NCBI GenBank assembly: GCA_963808395.1
Contig: CAWEFJ010000006.1
Location: 38,845-102,844 of the forward strand
Direction of reading: 5' to 3'
Length of the DNA: 64,000 nucleotides
Origin: an uncultured delta proteobacterium
GTDB lineage: Bacteria > Desulfobacterota > Desulfobaccia > Desulfobaccales > 0-14-0-80-60-11
Shown piece by piece: positions 9,905-22,806 of the stretch. The notes beneath the pieces are model-generated. The model was not told the origin of the DNA. It did not search any database and saw only the letters and a list, made by a program, of their open reading frames with translations. Position numbers and translations under genes: made by a program. How positions within the stretch are numbered: position 1 is the first letter of the stretch; every line of letters starts with the position of its first letter.

Positions 9905-10276
9905 TTATTCTGCCGCGGGGCCGGGCTCGTTGGTCTGGAGCGCGCCGATCCTTTGCAGGCAGTCCTCGGCGCTGAGGCGGCCGTGGAAATAATCCTGCAA
10001 GGCCTGGAGCAAGGGGTTGGCCGCGAAAAACTGCTGCATTCCCAGGCGGTCTCCCAGGTCGGGGAGAGGCAAAGGGATTTTGAAGTGGGCGGCAATTTCC
10101 CGAAAGAATTCCAATTGTTGGATCTCGGCCTGGCGCATCTGCGCTTCCACCTGGAACAGGAGCTTCCGCAGGCGCAGCAGATAATCCTCCCTTTCGCGGT
10201 ATTCCCGGGCTTTGTGACTCAGAAAGTTGAGCTGGTGCTGTCTGGCCAGGGTGCTGTAGGAGATGACTTTGCTCAT
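9905..10276 (-). CDS. hypothetical protein (123 aa)
   Basis: This is the downstream part of listed ORF 9905..10552. The internal ATG at 10276 (MSKVISYSTLARQH...) avoids overlap with hisI on the other strand. No family recognised. Confidence 0.5.
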   Translation of the reverse strand: MSKVISYSTLARQHQLNFLSHKAREYREREDYLLRLRKLLFQVEAQMRQAEIQQLEFFREIAAHFKIPLPLPDLGDRLGMQQFFAANPLLQALQDYFHGRLSAEDCLQRIGALQTNEPGPAAE

Positions 10277-10451
10277 GGGCGGGGGCCTTTCTCTGCCTGG
10301 AAAAGTGTGTAGCGCCGCCGCCCCCGGCAGCGCGGGAACCGGATACCAGAGGGTGGGTATCCCACAGTGAGCCGGTGGATCATGAGCGACTATTGGAAAA
10401 ATTATCATCCAACCTTGCAGAATCAAGGCAAAAAGGTTAATTTCGACAGAT

Positions 10452-10842
10452 ATGAAAAGCACGGAGATACCCGACTTCGCTAAAATGGGGGGCCTGGTGC
10501 CCGCCATCGCCCAGGACGCGGCCAGCGGCGAGGTGCTGATGCTGGCCTTCATGAATGAAGCGGCCTGGGTCGAGACCTTGAAAACCGGTGAGGCCCATTA
10601 TTTCAGCCGCAGCCGCAACCAGCTCTGGCACAAGGGCGGCACCTCCGGCCACGTGCAACGGGTCAAGGAGATCTACCTGGACTGCGATAACGATACGGTG
10701 CTCCTGAAGGTGGAGCAGGTGGGAGGCGCCGCCTGCCACACCGGTTACCGCAGTTGTTTTCACCGCCGCCGCCTGGGGGACCGGCTGGGAAGTGGTGGGC
10801 TCGCCAATCTTTGATCCCAAGGAGGTGTATGGAGGTGCCTAA
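10452..10842 (+). CDS. hisI: phosphoribosyl-AMP cyclohydrolase (one frame change near 10770-10780)
   Basis: [26 protein letters not shown]...[46 protein letters not shown]. After the shift the conserved tail [19 protein letters not shown] ends at TAA 10840. Confidence 0.85.
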
Positions 10843-11710
10843 ACTGCGACTGGGGCTCCCCAAGGGCAGCCTGGAGAAAGCCACCCTGGAGTTGTTTCGC
10901 CGTTCCGGCTGGCATATCCAGGTGAATGGCCGGAGCTATTTCCCGGACATCGACGACCCGGAGATCAGCTGCTCCATGTGCCGGGCCCAGGAAATGAGCC
11001 GCTACGTGGAGAACGGCACCCTGGACTGCGGCATCACCGGCAAAGACTGGACCATGGAAAACGACTCCGGGGTGACGGTGGTGGCGGACCTGATGTATTC
11101 CAAGTCGAGCCTCAACCCGGTGCGCTGGGTGCTGGCGGTGCCGGCGGATTCGGAGATCAAGAGCCTGCGGGACCTGGCGGGCAAGAAGATGGCCACCGAG
11201 CTGGTGAATTACACCCGCCGCTATTTCGAGCAGCGCCAGATCCCGGTCCAGGTGGAGTTTTCCTGGGGGGCCACCGAGGCCAAGGTGGCCGCCGGCCTGG
11301 TGGACGCCATCGTGGAGGTGACCGAGACCGGCAGCACCATCAGGGCCCACGGCCTCAAGATCATCCACGAGCTGTTCCAGAGCAATACCCAGTTCATCGC
11401 CAACAACCAGGTGTGGGAAAACGACCCGGTGAAGCGGGAGAAGATGGAGGGTCTGGCGGTCCTGCTCCTGGGGGCGCTGCGGGCCGAACGCATGGTGGGC
11501 CTGAAGATGAACATCCCGGAAAAGCAATTGAAGAACATCGTGGAACTGCTCCCCAGCCTGCTGGCCCCTACCATCGCCAGCCTCTTTGAAACCGATTGGT
11601 ATTCGGTGGAGGTGGTGGTGAACTCCTCCGAGGTCAGGAGCCTCATCCCCCGCCTAATCCGGGCCGGGGCCCAGGGGATTGTGGAGTATCCGCTGCATAA
11701 GGTGATTTGA
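10829..11710 (+). CDS. hisG: ATP phosphoribosyltransferase, long form
   Basis: [23 protein letters not shown]...GITGKDW...VEVTETGSTIRAHGLK. The ATG at 10829 overlaps the hisI 3' end. Confidence 0.9.
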   Translation: MEVPKLRLGLPKGSLEKATLELFRRSGWHIQVNGRSYFPDIDDPEISCSMCRAQEMSRYVENGTLDCGITGKDWTMENDSGVTVVADLMYSKSSLNPVRWVLAVPADSEIKSLRDLAGKKMATELVNYTRRYFEQRQIPVQVEFSWGATEAKVAAGLVDAIVEVTETGSTIRAHGLKIIHELFQSNTQFIANNQVWENDPVKREKMEGLAVLLLGALRAERMVGLKMNIPEKQLKNIVELLPSLLAPTIASLFETDWYSVEVVVNSSEVRSLIPRLIRAGAQGIVEYPLHKVI

Positions 11711-11759
11711 GTTATCCGTTTAAAGCCTCGCGATATTTAAGTGAAGGAGGATAACTAAC

Positions 11760-12275
11760 ATGGCAGAACGCCCCGGAGCAATCACCATGAAGGGCAATCC
11801 CCTGACCCTGGTGGGCCGGGAAGTGCAGGTGGGGGAGAAGGCCCCGGATTTTGAGGTGATCGCCAACGATTTGAGCCCTTTCCGGTTTTCTACGCTCCAG
11901 GGCAAAGTGGCCATTATCTGCACGGTGCCCTCCCTGGACACCCCCACCTGCAATATCGAAACCCGGTGGTTCAATGAGGAGGCCGCCAGGCTGGGGCCTG
12001 ACGTGGAAATCCTGACCATCAGCATGGACCTGCCCTTCGCCCAGAAACGCTGGTGCGGCGCGGCGGGGGTGGAGCGGGTCAAGACCTACTCGGACCACAG
12101 AGACGCGGCCTTCGGCACGGCTTACGGGGTGTTGATCAAGGAATTGCGCCTCCTGGCCCGGGCCGTGTTCCTGGTGGACAAGGGGGGTGTGCTGCGTTAC
12201 GTCCAGATCGTCAAAGAGTTGTCCAATGAGCCGAACTATGACGAGGTTTTGCAGGCGCTGGGCAAGCTGGCCTGA
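11760..12275 (+). CDS. tpx: thiol peroxidase (atypical 2-Cys peroxiredoxin)
   Basis: 171 aa. VGEKAPDFEVIANDL...VPSLDTPTCNIETRWFNEEA...MDLPFAQKRWCGA. Confidence 0.9.
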   Translation: MAERPGAITMKGNPLTLVGREVQVGEKAPDFEVIANDLSPFRFSTLQGKVAIICTVPSLDTPTCNIETRWFNEEAARLGPDVEILTISMDLPFAQKRWCGAAGVERVKTYSDHRDAAFGTAYGVLIKELRLLARAVFLVDKGGVLRYVQIVKELSNEPNYDEVLQALGKLA

Positions 12276-12313
12276 GAAGGGACGTCTTTGAGGCAAGTTG
12301 CCCTGTCAGAGCC

Positions 12314-12528
12314 CGTAGGGCGGGAAAGCGAAGCGCATCCCGCCATTAGCATTATTCCATGTCTAGACTTCGAACGTTATCCTCTGCCGCCCATTCAAGG
12401 TTATAAAGGCCGCGTTCCACAAATCGATGAAAGCTTGAATACGGCCAATCCGCGACCCTCGTAACCTGACCGCTTTACCGGATCGTAGTGGAAGGCGGGA
12501 TCGCGCTTTCGCTATTCCTCGCCCTACG
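12314..12528. repeat. REP/BIME-like pair: two inverted ~31-35-nt GC-rich palindromic units flanking ~150 bp
   Basis: Left unit is CGTAGGGCGGGAAAGCGAAGCGCATCCCGCC (12314-12344). The reverse complement of the right unit (12494-12528) is CGTAGGGCGAGGAATAGCGAAAGCGCGATCCCGCC. Confidence 0.7.
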
Positions 12529-12572
12529 ACTACTACGGCAAAAATAGGGCCAATAAATTTACCTAATCCCTA

Positions 12573-14355
12573 TTAAACCGAACAGAGGCGGCAATCTTCG
12601 GAGAATTCCTGGGACAGGGTGAGGGCCCGGGTTTCGGTGGGCAGGCTCAGGACCTGGCCCGGCTTGGAGCCGTAGCGGTAAACCGTGATGCCCTTGAGGC
12701 CCAGTTTGTAGGCCAGCCGGTAGGCCTGGGCGATGTCCGCCGCGGTGGCGTCCGGAGCCAGATTGATGGTCTTGGAGACCGCGTTCTCCACGTGGGCCTG
12801 GAAGGCGGCCTGCATCCGCACCTGGTAGTCGACGCTCACCTCGAAGGTGGTGGGGAACAGGCGCCGCAGCTCTTCGGGCAATTCCTTAAAGGGCCGCACC
12901 CGGCCGCTGCCGAGGGTGGGGGGCAGCCAATCCTCGCCCCTCAGGCCGAACTCCTGCAACTTTTGCAGGAACAGCGGATGGACCTCTTCAAATTCCTCCC
13001 CCTCCAGGGCCCGGCGCCGGTAGGCCACCGCGAAGAGGGGTTCGATGCCGCTGGAGGCTCCGGCGATAATGCTGATGGTGCCGGTGGGAGCGACGGTGGT
13101 TACCGTCGCGTGGCGCCGCGGGTTTTCTGCCCTCCTGAAAAAAGCGGCTGCGGGGGAAATTGGGGAAGGGGCCGCGTGCCGCGGCCAGGGTTTCGGAGCA
13201 GGCCACCGCCCGGGCCTGGATGCGGGCCATGATCCGCCCCCCCAGGTCCAGGGCTTCCGGGGAATCGTAGGCCAACCCCATCTGGATGAACAGGTCCGCC
13301 AATCCCATGACCCCCAGGCCGATCTTGCGGTTGGCCCGGGTGATTTCGCTGATCCGGGGCAGGGGGTAGTGGCTCTGGTCGATGACATCGTCCAGGAAGG
13401 TAACCCCCAGGGCCACCAGGCGGTCCAACTCCTCCCAGTCCAGGCCGCCGCGCTTAACCAGGCGGGCCAGGTTGATGGAACCCAGGTTGCAGGATTCATA
13501 GGGCAGCAAGGGCTGTTCGCCGCAGGGGTTGGTGGCCTCCAGCCGGCCCAACTCCGGGGTGGGGTTGGCGCGCTCGATGGCGTCCAGAAAGATGAGACCC
13601 GGATCGCCGGTCTCCAGGGCGCCGCGGCAGATGAGGTCAAAGACCTCCCGGGCCCGGAGCCGCCCGGTTTCCTGTTGGGTCCGGGGATTAATCAGGGGGT
13701 AGGTTTGGTCTTGAGCCTCCTGTTCCATGAAGCGGTCCGTGACCGCCACGGAGAGGTTGAAGTTGCTGAGCATCCCCGGTTCGCCCTTGGCCTTGATGAA
13801 CTCCAGGATGTCAGGGTGATCGACATTGAGGATGCCCATATTGGCGCCCCGGCGCCGGCCGCCCTGCTTCACCACCTCGGTGGTGGTGTCGAAGATCCGC
13901 ATGAAGCCGACGGGTCCGGAGGCCACCTGGCCGGTGCTGCGGACCTGGTCCCCCCGGGGCCGCAGGTGGGTGAAGGAGAAGCCGGTGCCGCCCCCGGTCT
14001 GGTGAATCAGGGCCATGTCCCGCACCGCCTCCAGGATGGCGCGCATGTCGTCCGCCACCGGGATGACGAAGCAGGCGGCCAACTGCCCCTGCGGCAGGCC
14101 GGCGTTCATCAAGGTCGGGGTATTGGGCAGGAATTTTAGGGAGCGCATGGCCTCGTGAAAGGCCGCCTCCTGGCGGGCCACCGCCTCGGGGCCTCCGTAG
14201 CGCCCTTCCGCGGCGGCCACCCCCCGCGCTACCCGGAGAAACATCTCCGCCGGGGTTTCCACCACTTTTCCGGCCGGGTCCCGGCGCAGATAGCGTTCCC
14301 GCAGGACCCGCAGGGCCAGGGGACGAAACTGCGGCGGGGGAGGGGGGGCGGCCAT
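12573..14355 (-). CDS. nrdJ: class II (adenosylcobalamin-dependent) ribonucleotide reductase (one frame change in the A/T run at ~13139-13145)
   Basis: ORFs 12988..14391 and 12573..13640 join across a TTTTTT run. Readable pieces: FLPNTPTLMNAG, ACFV, GGGTGFSF, EATNPCGEQPLLPYESCNLGSINL, TVAPTGTISIIAGASSGIEPLF, KTINL. The likely true start is ATG 14355 (MAAPPPP); the listed TTG start lies inside a tandem repeat. Confidence 0.9.
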
Positions 14356-14370
14356 GGATGGCTCCTCGGG

Positions 14371-14443
14371 AGTTTCGAGTTCAAAGTTCAAAGTTCAAAG
14401 TTCAAAGTTCAAAGTCAAAGTCAAAGTCAAAGTCAAAGTTCGG
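14371..14443. repeat. tandem array: five AGTTCAA heptamers then four AGTCAA hexamers
   Basis: agtttcg(agttcaa)x5(agtcaa)x4agttcgg, lying immediately upstream of the nrdJ start on the opposite strand. Confidence 0.95.
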
Positions 14444-14602
14444 GAGGTCCTAATTTGACCTTCCGTTATCTGTCTTGAGAGCCGGAAAGAATCCCGGAAT
14501 ATCCCGGGATAGCAAGATATTAAGAATTGTTGCGGCGGGAGGCAAGGGCATCCCCGCCTTTTCTCTTTGGGGGCTGCCGGGTTAGGGGATAGAATAACGC
14601 CT

Positions 14603-17349
14603 ATGGCGTCCGCGATCAGCAATCCGCAGGTCCTGAGTGCCGAGGAAGTTCTAAAATTGCTGGGGAGCAGGCCCGGCGGCCTGAGCCAGGCGGAGGCTGA
14701 GGAGCGCCTGCGCCTTAACGGCCCCAATCTCCTGGCGCCGGTCAAACAGAGTTCTCCTCCTGGCTGATTCTGCTGCGGCAATTCTTCAATCTTCTCATCA
14801 TTATCCTCCTGGCTGCCAGCGTCATCTCCTTTCTGCTGGGAGAGAACCTGGACGCCTGGCTCATCCTGGCGATTATTCTGGCATGCGTGGTTTTGGGGTT
14901 CATCCAGGAATACCGGGCCGAACAGGCGGCCGCGGCCTTGCGGCGGCTGGCGGCGCCGGAGGCCACGGTGGTGCGGGAGGGGGAACGAGGTCGCGTTGCC
15001 GGCCCGGGAAGTGGTGCCTGGCGACGTGTTGGCGCTGCGCCAGGGAGATATGGTGGCCGCCGACGCGCCGCCTGTTGGCGCAGTTTAACCTGCAGGCGGA
15101 TGAATCCCTGCTTACCGGAGAGTCCGTGGGGGTGGACAAAGACCTGGCTCCCCTGGCAGCGGCGGATGCCGCCCTGGACGAGCAGCGCTGCATGGTGTTC
15201 GGAGGCACCGTGATCACTTACGGGCGGGGCCGGGCGGTGGTCACCGCCACCGGCATGGAGACCCAGTTCGGGAGCATCGCCCGTCTGCTGGCGGAAGTCC
15301 CCGAGGAGGCCACGCCCCTGGAGCAGCGCATGACCACGGTGGGGCGCCTCCTGAGCGTCATCTGCCTGGCGGCCGCGGTGGGCGCCGCCCTCCTGGGGGT
15401 GCTCCGGGGCCACGCCTGGCTGGAGATGCTCATCTGGGGCATTACCCTGGCGGTGGCCGCGGTGCCGGAGTCATTGCCGGCGGTGGTCACCGGGGCCCTG
15501 GCCATCGGCACCACCCGCATGGCCCGGCGCCACGCCATCGTCAAGCGCCTGCCGGCAGTGGAAACCATGGGCTGCACCACGGTGATTTGCACCGACAAGA
15601 CCGGCACCCTCACCCGAAACGAGATGACCGCCAGGCGCCTCTTTCTGGACGGCCGGGAAATCGAGGTGACCGGGTCGGGATATGAACCCCTGGGGAAATT
15701 TCGGGAGGCGGGCCGGGATTTGCGGCCGGGCCAGGAGCCGCTTCTGGCCGTGGCGGCCCGCATCTCCCTGCTGTGCAACGACGCGGGCCTGGAAGTCCGG
15801 GACGGTCTCTGGACGGTGCGCGGCGATCCCACCGAAGGAGCGTTGCTGGCCCTGGCGCGGAAGGCGGTAGCCAATAGCCGGCAGGTGCTGGCCGCCTTTC
15901 CCCGGGTGGCGGAGATTCCCTTTTCCGCGGAAACCAAGAGGATGAGCACCTTCCACCAGGGGCCGGAGGGCTTTCTGCAGTGCCTCAAGGGGTCTCCCGA
16001 GGGCCTGCTGCATAATTCTTCCAGAGTTTTGACGGCGCAGGGGGAAAGGCCCGTCACCGAGGAGGACCGGCGGCTGATCCATCAAGAGGCGGGCCGCATG
16101 GCCCAGGACGCCCTGCGCGTCTTGGGGCTGGCTTACCGCCCTCTGAAAAGTCCGCCCCCAGGCGCACTCGAGTCCGAGGCCAAGGTTGAGGATCTGGTTT
16201 GGGTAGGTCTGGTGGGCCTGATGGACCCTCCCCGGCCCGAGGCCCGGAAGGCGGTAAGCCGGTGCCGTCGGGCCGGCATCCGGGTCATCATGGTCACCGG
16301 CGACCATCCGGACACCGCCGGGGCCATCGCCCGGGAGGTGGGGCTGATTCCGGAGGGGCAGGATTCAGGCGGTCCTTTCCGGGAAAGAGATTGACCAGCT
16401 AAGCGATGCGGAGCTTAAGGAGGCCCTGAAAAACATCCGGGTCTTCGCCCGGGTAAACTCGGGCCATAAACTGCGGCTGGTGGCGCTCCTCAAGGGCCAG
16501 GGGGAGGTGGTGGCCATGACCGGGGACGGGGTCAATGACGCCCCGGCCTTGAAACGGGCCGACATCGGGGTGGCCATGGGGCAGAGCGGCACCGCGGTGG
16601 CCAGGGAGGCCGCCGCCATGATCCTGGCGGATGACAACTTCGCCAGCCTGGTGGCCGCGGTGGAGGAAGGCCGCGCCATCTTCGACAACATCAAGAAGTA
16701 CCTGGTCTTTCTGCTGAGCAGCAACATCGCCGAGATCCTGGTGCTCAGCGGGGCCTTCTTGTTCGGCCTGCCCTTGCCTCTCGTCGCCTTGCAGATCCTT
16801 TGGGTCAATCTCACCACCGACGGACTGCCGGCCCTGGCCCTGGGGGTGGACCCCAAGGCCCCGGACATCATGAGACGCCCGCCGCGGCCGCCCCGGGAAG
16901 GAGTCTTCACCCCCACCGTGAATTTCCTGCTGGTGGTGATCGCCCTCTATCTCACCGCCCTCCTCATACCTCTGTTTGCCTATTATGTTTACTGGAATCC
17001 TAACGGCCTGGGCTCGCCGGAGCAGGTCGTGGTCCGGGCCCGGACCATGGTGTTCACCACCCTGGTGCTGGTGGAACTGGTGAATGCCTTCAACTGCCGC
17101 TCCGATTACCACTCCCTGTTCACCACGGGCCTCTTTCCCAACCGCTTTCTCAACCTCTCCGTGCTGCTGTCCTTGCTGATGATGGTGGCGGTGATCGAAT
17201 GGCCGCCCCTGGGCCGGCTGTTCCATACCACGCCCCTGGGGTGGCATGACTGGCTGCTGGCGTGCGCTCCTGAGCCTCAGTATCCTGCCGGTGGTGGAAG
17301 CGGCCAAGTGGTGGCTGCGGCTTGTTGGGAAGGCAAAAGGAAAAAGTAA
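14603..17349 (+). CDS. cation-transporting P-type ATPase (type II, Ca2+/Mg2+-like), at least 5 frame changes
   Basis: N-terminal cation-ATPase domain (LSAEEVLKLLGSRPGGLSQAEAEERLRLNGPNLLA). Also TGES (LLTGESVGV), the phosphorylation site ICTDKTGTLT, MVTGDHPDTA and AMTGDGVNDAPALKRADIGVAMG. The gene is split across ORFs 14567, 14887, 14883 and 16480. Confidence 0.9.
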
Positions 17350-17456
17350 AAAGGCAAAGAAAAGAATAAAAAGGACCTTTTTCCTTTTACCTTTTGCCTT
17401 TACTCAGGGGTGGCACAGGGTCCCCGCCTGGCGCACCGGCTGGAAGCCGGTGCCAC

Positions 17457-17483
17457 CAAAAGGGGGCGACGCTGGGTCGCCCC
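17457..17483 (-). terminator. hairpin plus T-run directly after the argJ stop
   Basis: The minus strand reads TAG-GGGCGACC-cagc-GTCGCCCC-CTTTTGG. Confidence 0.6.
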
Positions 17484-18736
17484 TAAAATGGCAGAAGAAC
17501 CGAAATCGCAGACAGGAGTATTTCTTCCAAATTCCGAAATTTGATTATCGCTCCTATCTGCCGGTAACTGGCATTAATCCGGATATAGTCCTCGGTGAGG
17601 TCGCAGGTGTCGTAGTAGTCGGAAAAGGTCCCGTGGTGCAGGTGGATGGTCAGGTTGAAGGCCCCGCTGCGGATGATCTTTTGGGCCCGGGCTTCCGCCG
17701 CCGGCCCCAACCCCTGGCCTTTTTGCACCACCAGGGCGTCGCCGTAGGAAATCTCCACCTGGTGGGGTTCGAAGCGGGCCCCGGAGCGGCCCAGGGCCGC
17801 CATGACGCGGCCCCAATTGACGTCCGCCCCGGCCATGGCGGTCTTCACCAGGGGGGAGAGGGCCACGGCCCGGGCCGCCTTCAGGGCCTCAGCCGGGGTG
17901 GCCGCGCCCTGCACCTCCACCCGGTAAAGGTGCCGGGCGCCCTCGCCGTCGGCCACCACCTGGGAGGCCAGATCCCCCATCACCTGGTGGAGCATCTCTT
18001 CCAGGGCAGCCAGGGAGGGCCCTTCCTCCCGGATCAGGGGATTCCCGGCCCGGCCGCTGGCCAGCAGGAGTACGGTGTCGTTGGTGGAGGTGTCGCCATC
18101 GACGCTGATGCGGTTGAAACTGAGGGGCAGGGCCCGGCGCAGTATTTTGCGCAGGATTTTAGGAAGAACGGCCGCATCGGTAAACAGGAAGACCAGCAGG
18201 GTGGCCATCTCCGGATGGATCATGCCGGCCCCTTTGGCCATCCCGGCCAGGGTCACCTGGCGGCCGCCGATCTCCTCCCGCAGCAGGGCGGTCTTGGGAC
18301 GGGTGTCGGTGGTCAGGATGGCCTCGGCCGCTTCGGGAAACCCCTGGGGGTGAAGCCGGTCCGCCAGCCCGGGCAGGGCCCGGGTGATCCGGTCCAGGGG
18401 CAGAGGCTGGCCGATAACCCCGGTGGAGGCGGGCAGCACCAGGGACTCCGGGATTCGCAGCAAGCCGGCGGTAATCCTGGCGCTCTCCCGGGCGTCCGCC
18501 AGGCCCTCGGGGCCGGTGCAGGCGTTGGCGTTGCCGGCGTTCACCAGGATGGCCTGGGCCTTGCCGGACCTGAGGCGCTCCCGGCTCAGGAGCACCGGGG
18601 CCGCCTTGACCAGGTTGGTGGTGAAGACCCCGGCCGCGGCCGCGGGGGTGTCCGCGGCCATCAGGGCCAGATCCAGGGCGCCGGTCTTCTTGAGGCCGGC
18701 CGCGGTGGCGGCAAAGCGGAATCCGGGAATAATCAC
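17483..18736 (-). CDS. argJ: bifunctional glutamate N-acetyltransferase / amino-acid acetyltransferase
   Basis: 417 aa. GFRFAATAAGLKK...TNLVKAAPV...ATLLVFLFTDAA...DGDTSTNDTVLLLASG...CDLTEDYIRINASYR. About 25 extra residues follow the usual C-terminus. Confidence 0.92.
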   Translation of the reverse strand: MIIPGFRFAATAAGLKKTGALDLALMAADTPAAAAGVFTTNLVKAAPVLLSRERLRSGKAQAILVNAGNANACTGPEGLADARESARITAGLLRIPESLVLPASTGVIGQPLPLDRITRALPGLADRLHPQGFPEAAEAILTTDTRPKTALLREEIGGRQVTLAGMAKGAGMIHPEMATLLVFLFTDAAVLPKILRKILRRALPLSFNRISVDGDTSTNDTVLLLASGRAGNPLIREEGPSLAALEEMLHQVMGDLASQVVADGEGARHLYRVEVQGAATPAEALKAARAVALSPLVKTAMAGADVNWGRVMAALGRSGARFEPHQVEISYGDALVVQKGQGLGPAAEARAQKIIRSGAFNLTIHLHHGTFSDYYDTCDLTEDYIRINASYRQIGAIIKFRNLEEILLSAISVLLPF

Positions 18737-19002
18737 GGCTCACCTCCCAGGAAAATTTACCACAGGAAAACAGAGAACCAAGAGAAAAAATAGAAACACC
18801 GGCGGGACGCCGGCGCTACTGACCATATTTGAAAGACTGGCGGCGTTCGAAATGCGCACAGGCGAGATGCCTGGGCTACCGATACTTACAACTTATAAGG
18901 CGTAGTGCCAGGCGGGTCGCCCCTAGCTTATACGGGTTGGGACGGGGGACTTTGGGGGGAGGGCAGGCCTTGAACTGACCCTGGCCCTCCCCCCAAAGAA
19001 AA

Positions 19003-21504
<2,502 letters not shown>

Positions 21505-21639
21505 AGGTCAGATAGGTATTGATTCCGGCCCCTCGGCCTCCGGGCGTACCTAATTATATCTCTTGCCGAGACGCGAAGAACCCAAATAATGAAATAAGGG
21601 CAAGCGATCTCCCGCTGCCCTTGCAGATAGCTCTCCAGG

Positions 21640-22098
21640 CTAAGGCCCCAGCTCCAGGAGCATGGGGACTTCGTCGCAAAAATCCGGGTATTTGATGCAG
21701 TCTTTACATTCGCTCCAAATGTGGGGCGGCAGTTCCTCTTTAGGAAATTGTCGAAAGCCTAATCTCTTGAAGAAATCAGGGCGGGTCGTAAGTGCGAAAA
21801 CCTTTTTCAAGCCAATGGCCTTCGCTTCTTCCAGGCATTTTTTAACCAAATCGGAGCCCATGCCTTTTTTTTGAAATTCCGGCAAGACTGCCACGGAGCG
21901 AATCTCCCCGAAATCTTCCCAAAATATATGCAGGGCGGCGATGCCCATTACCGGGCCTGGATCATGGCGATAGACGAAGTATTCCCGTACCTGGCTGTAA
22001 AGATCAGCTTTAGTCCGGGGCAAAACATCCCGATCGGCGAAGTCATGCAACATCCGCCAGATTTCCGGGACTTCGTGAATTTGCGCTTTGCGTATCAT
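21640..22098 (-). CDS. GNAT N-acetyltransferase (short ArgA-like amino-acid N-acetyltransferase)
   Basis: 152 aa. GEIRSVAVLPEFQKKGMGSDLV...VFALTTRPDFFKRLGF...CKDCIKYPDFCDE. Confidence 0.8.
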   Translation of the reverse strand: MIRKAQIHEVPEIWRMLHDFADRDVLPRTKADLYSQVREYFVYRHDPGPVMGIAALHIFWEDFGEIRSVAVLPEFQKKGMGSDLVKKCLEEAKAIGLKKVFALTTRPDFFKRLGFRQFPKEELPPHIWSECKDCIKYPDFCDEVPMLLELGP

Positions 22099-22279
22099 CT
22101 TGCCACTAGATGGTTACGGAGAGCTATCAGTTAAGATATAATCGTCATGTAAGGCGGGCACGGAGGCCCGCCCCGCCGAGGCCCCCTCACCGGGAGCATT
22201 CGGGTTTGGTAAAGCGGCCGTTTCTGGCCGCCAGCCCTACTCCAAAAATTATATCATTATTTCAAAGGTAGAACCATAG

Positions 22280-22786
22280 ATGACTGTCATTGCCAAAGAC
22301 CGATACGTGGTCCTGGAATACCGCATGCGCCTCGATTCCGGGGAGCAGATTCGGGGGAGCGCCGAGACGCCGGTCTATCTGCAATTCGTGGCCGGCTACG
22401 GCGAGGTTCTGCCCGGGCTGGAACGCCGTCTGTGGGGCCTGCGGGAGCAGGAGGCGGTGGAGTTCGTAGTGCCCGCGGCAGAGGCCTTCGGCGCTTATGA
22501 GCTGGAAAACATTCAGGCCTGGAGTCGCAAGGTCTTTCCGCCGGACCTGGAATTGCGGGTGGACCTTAAGGTGCTGCCGGCGGATCTGCCTTTCCCGCCG
22601 GAATATCCCCTGACCATCAAGGAAGTAAGGGAGGACGCGGTCATCCTGGATATGAACCACCCCTTTGCCGGCCACGACCTGCACTATCAGGTGCGGGTAC
22701 TGGAGGTGCGGCCGGCGACCCCGGAGGAAATAGAGCCGCTGAAGCAGTGCAAGTCCTGCCGGGAAGCGACGAGTTGCGGGACCTGA
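22280..22786 (+). CDS. FKBP-type peptidyl-prolyl cis-trans isomerase (SlyD-like)
   Basis: 168 aa. VVLEYRMRLDSGEQI...LQFVAGYGEVLPGLERRL...HPFAGHDLHYQVRVLEVR, with a Cys-containing tail. Confidence 0.85.
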   Translation: MTVIAKDRYVVLEYRMRLDSGEQIRGSAETPVYLQFVAGYGEVLPGLERRLWGLREQEAVEFVVPAAEAFGAYELENIQAWSRKVFPPDLELRVDLKVLPADLPFPPEYPLTIKEVREDAVILDMNHPFAGHDLHYQVRVLEVRPATPEEIEPLKQCKSCREATSCGT

Positions 22787-22806
22787 GGGCAGTTCACCAA
22801 ATTTTA

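Noticed and set aside
14371-14443. Tandem arrays considered as possible CRISPR
   Set aside because: The units are 6-7 nt, directly abutting with no spacers. No cas genes are present in the window.
16399-18793. Long ORFs 16399..17307 (-) and 17246..18793 (+)
   Set aside because: They are antisense to the P-type ATPase and to argJ respectively. No recognisable domains; high-GC artefacts.
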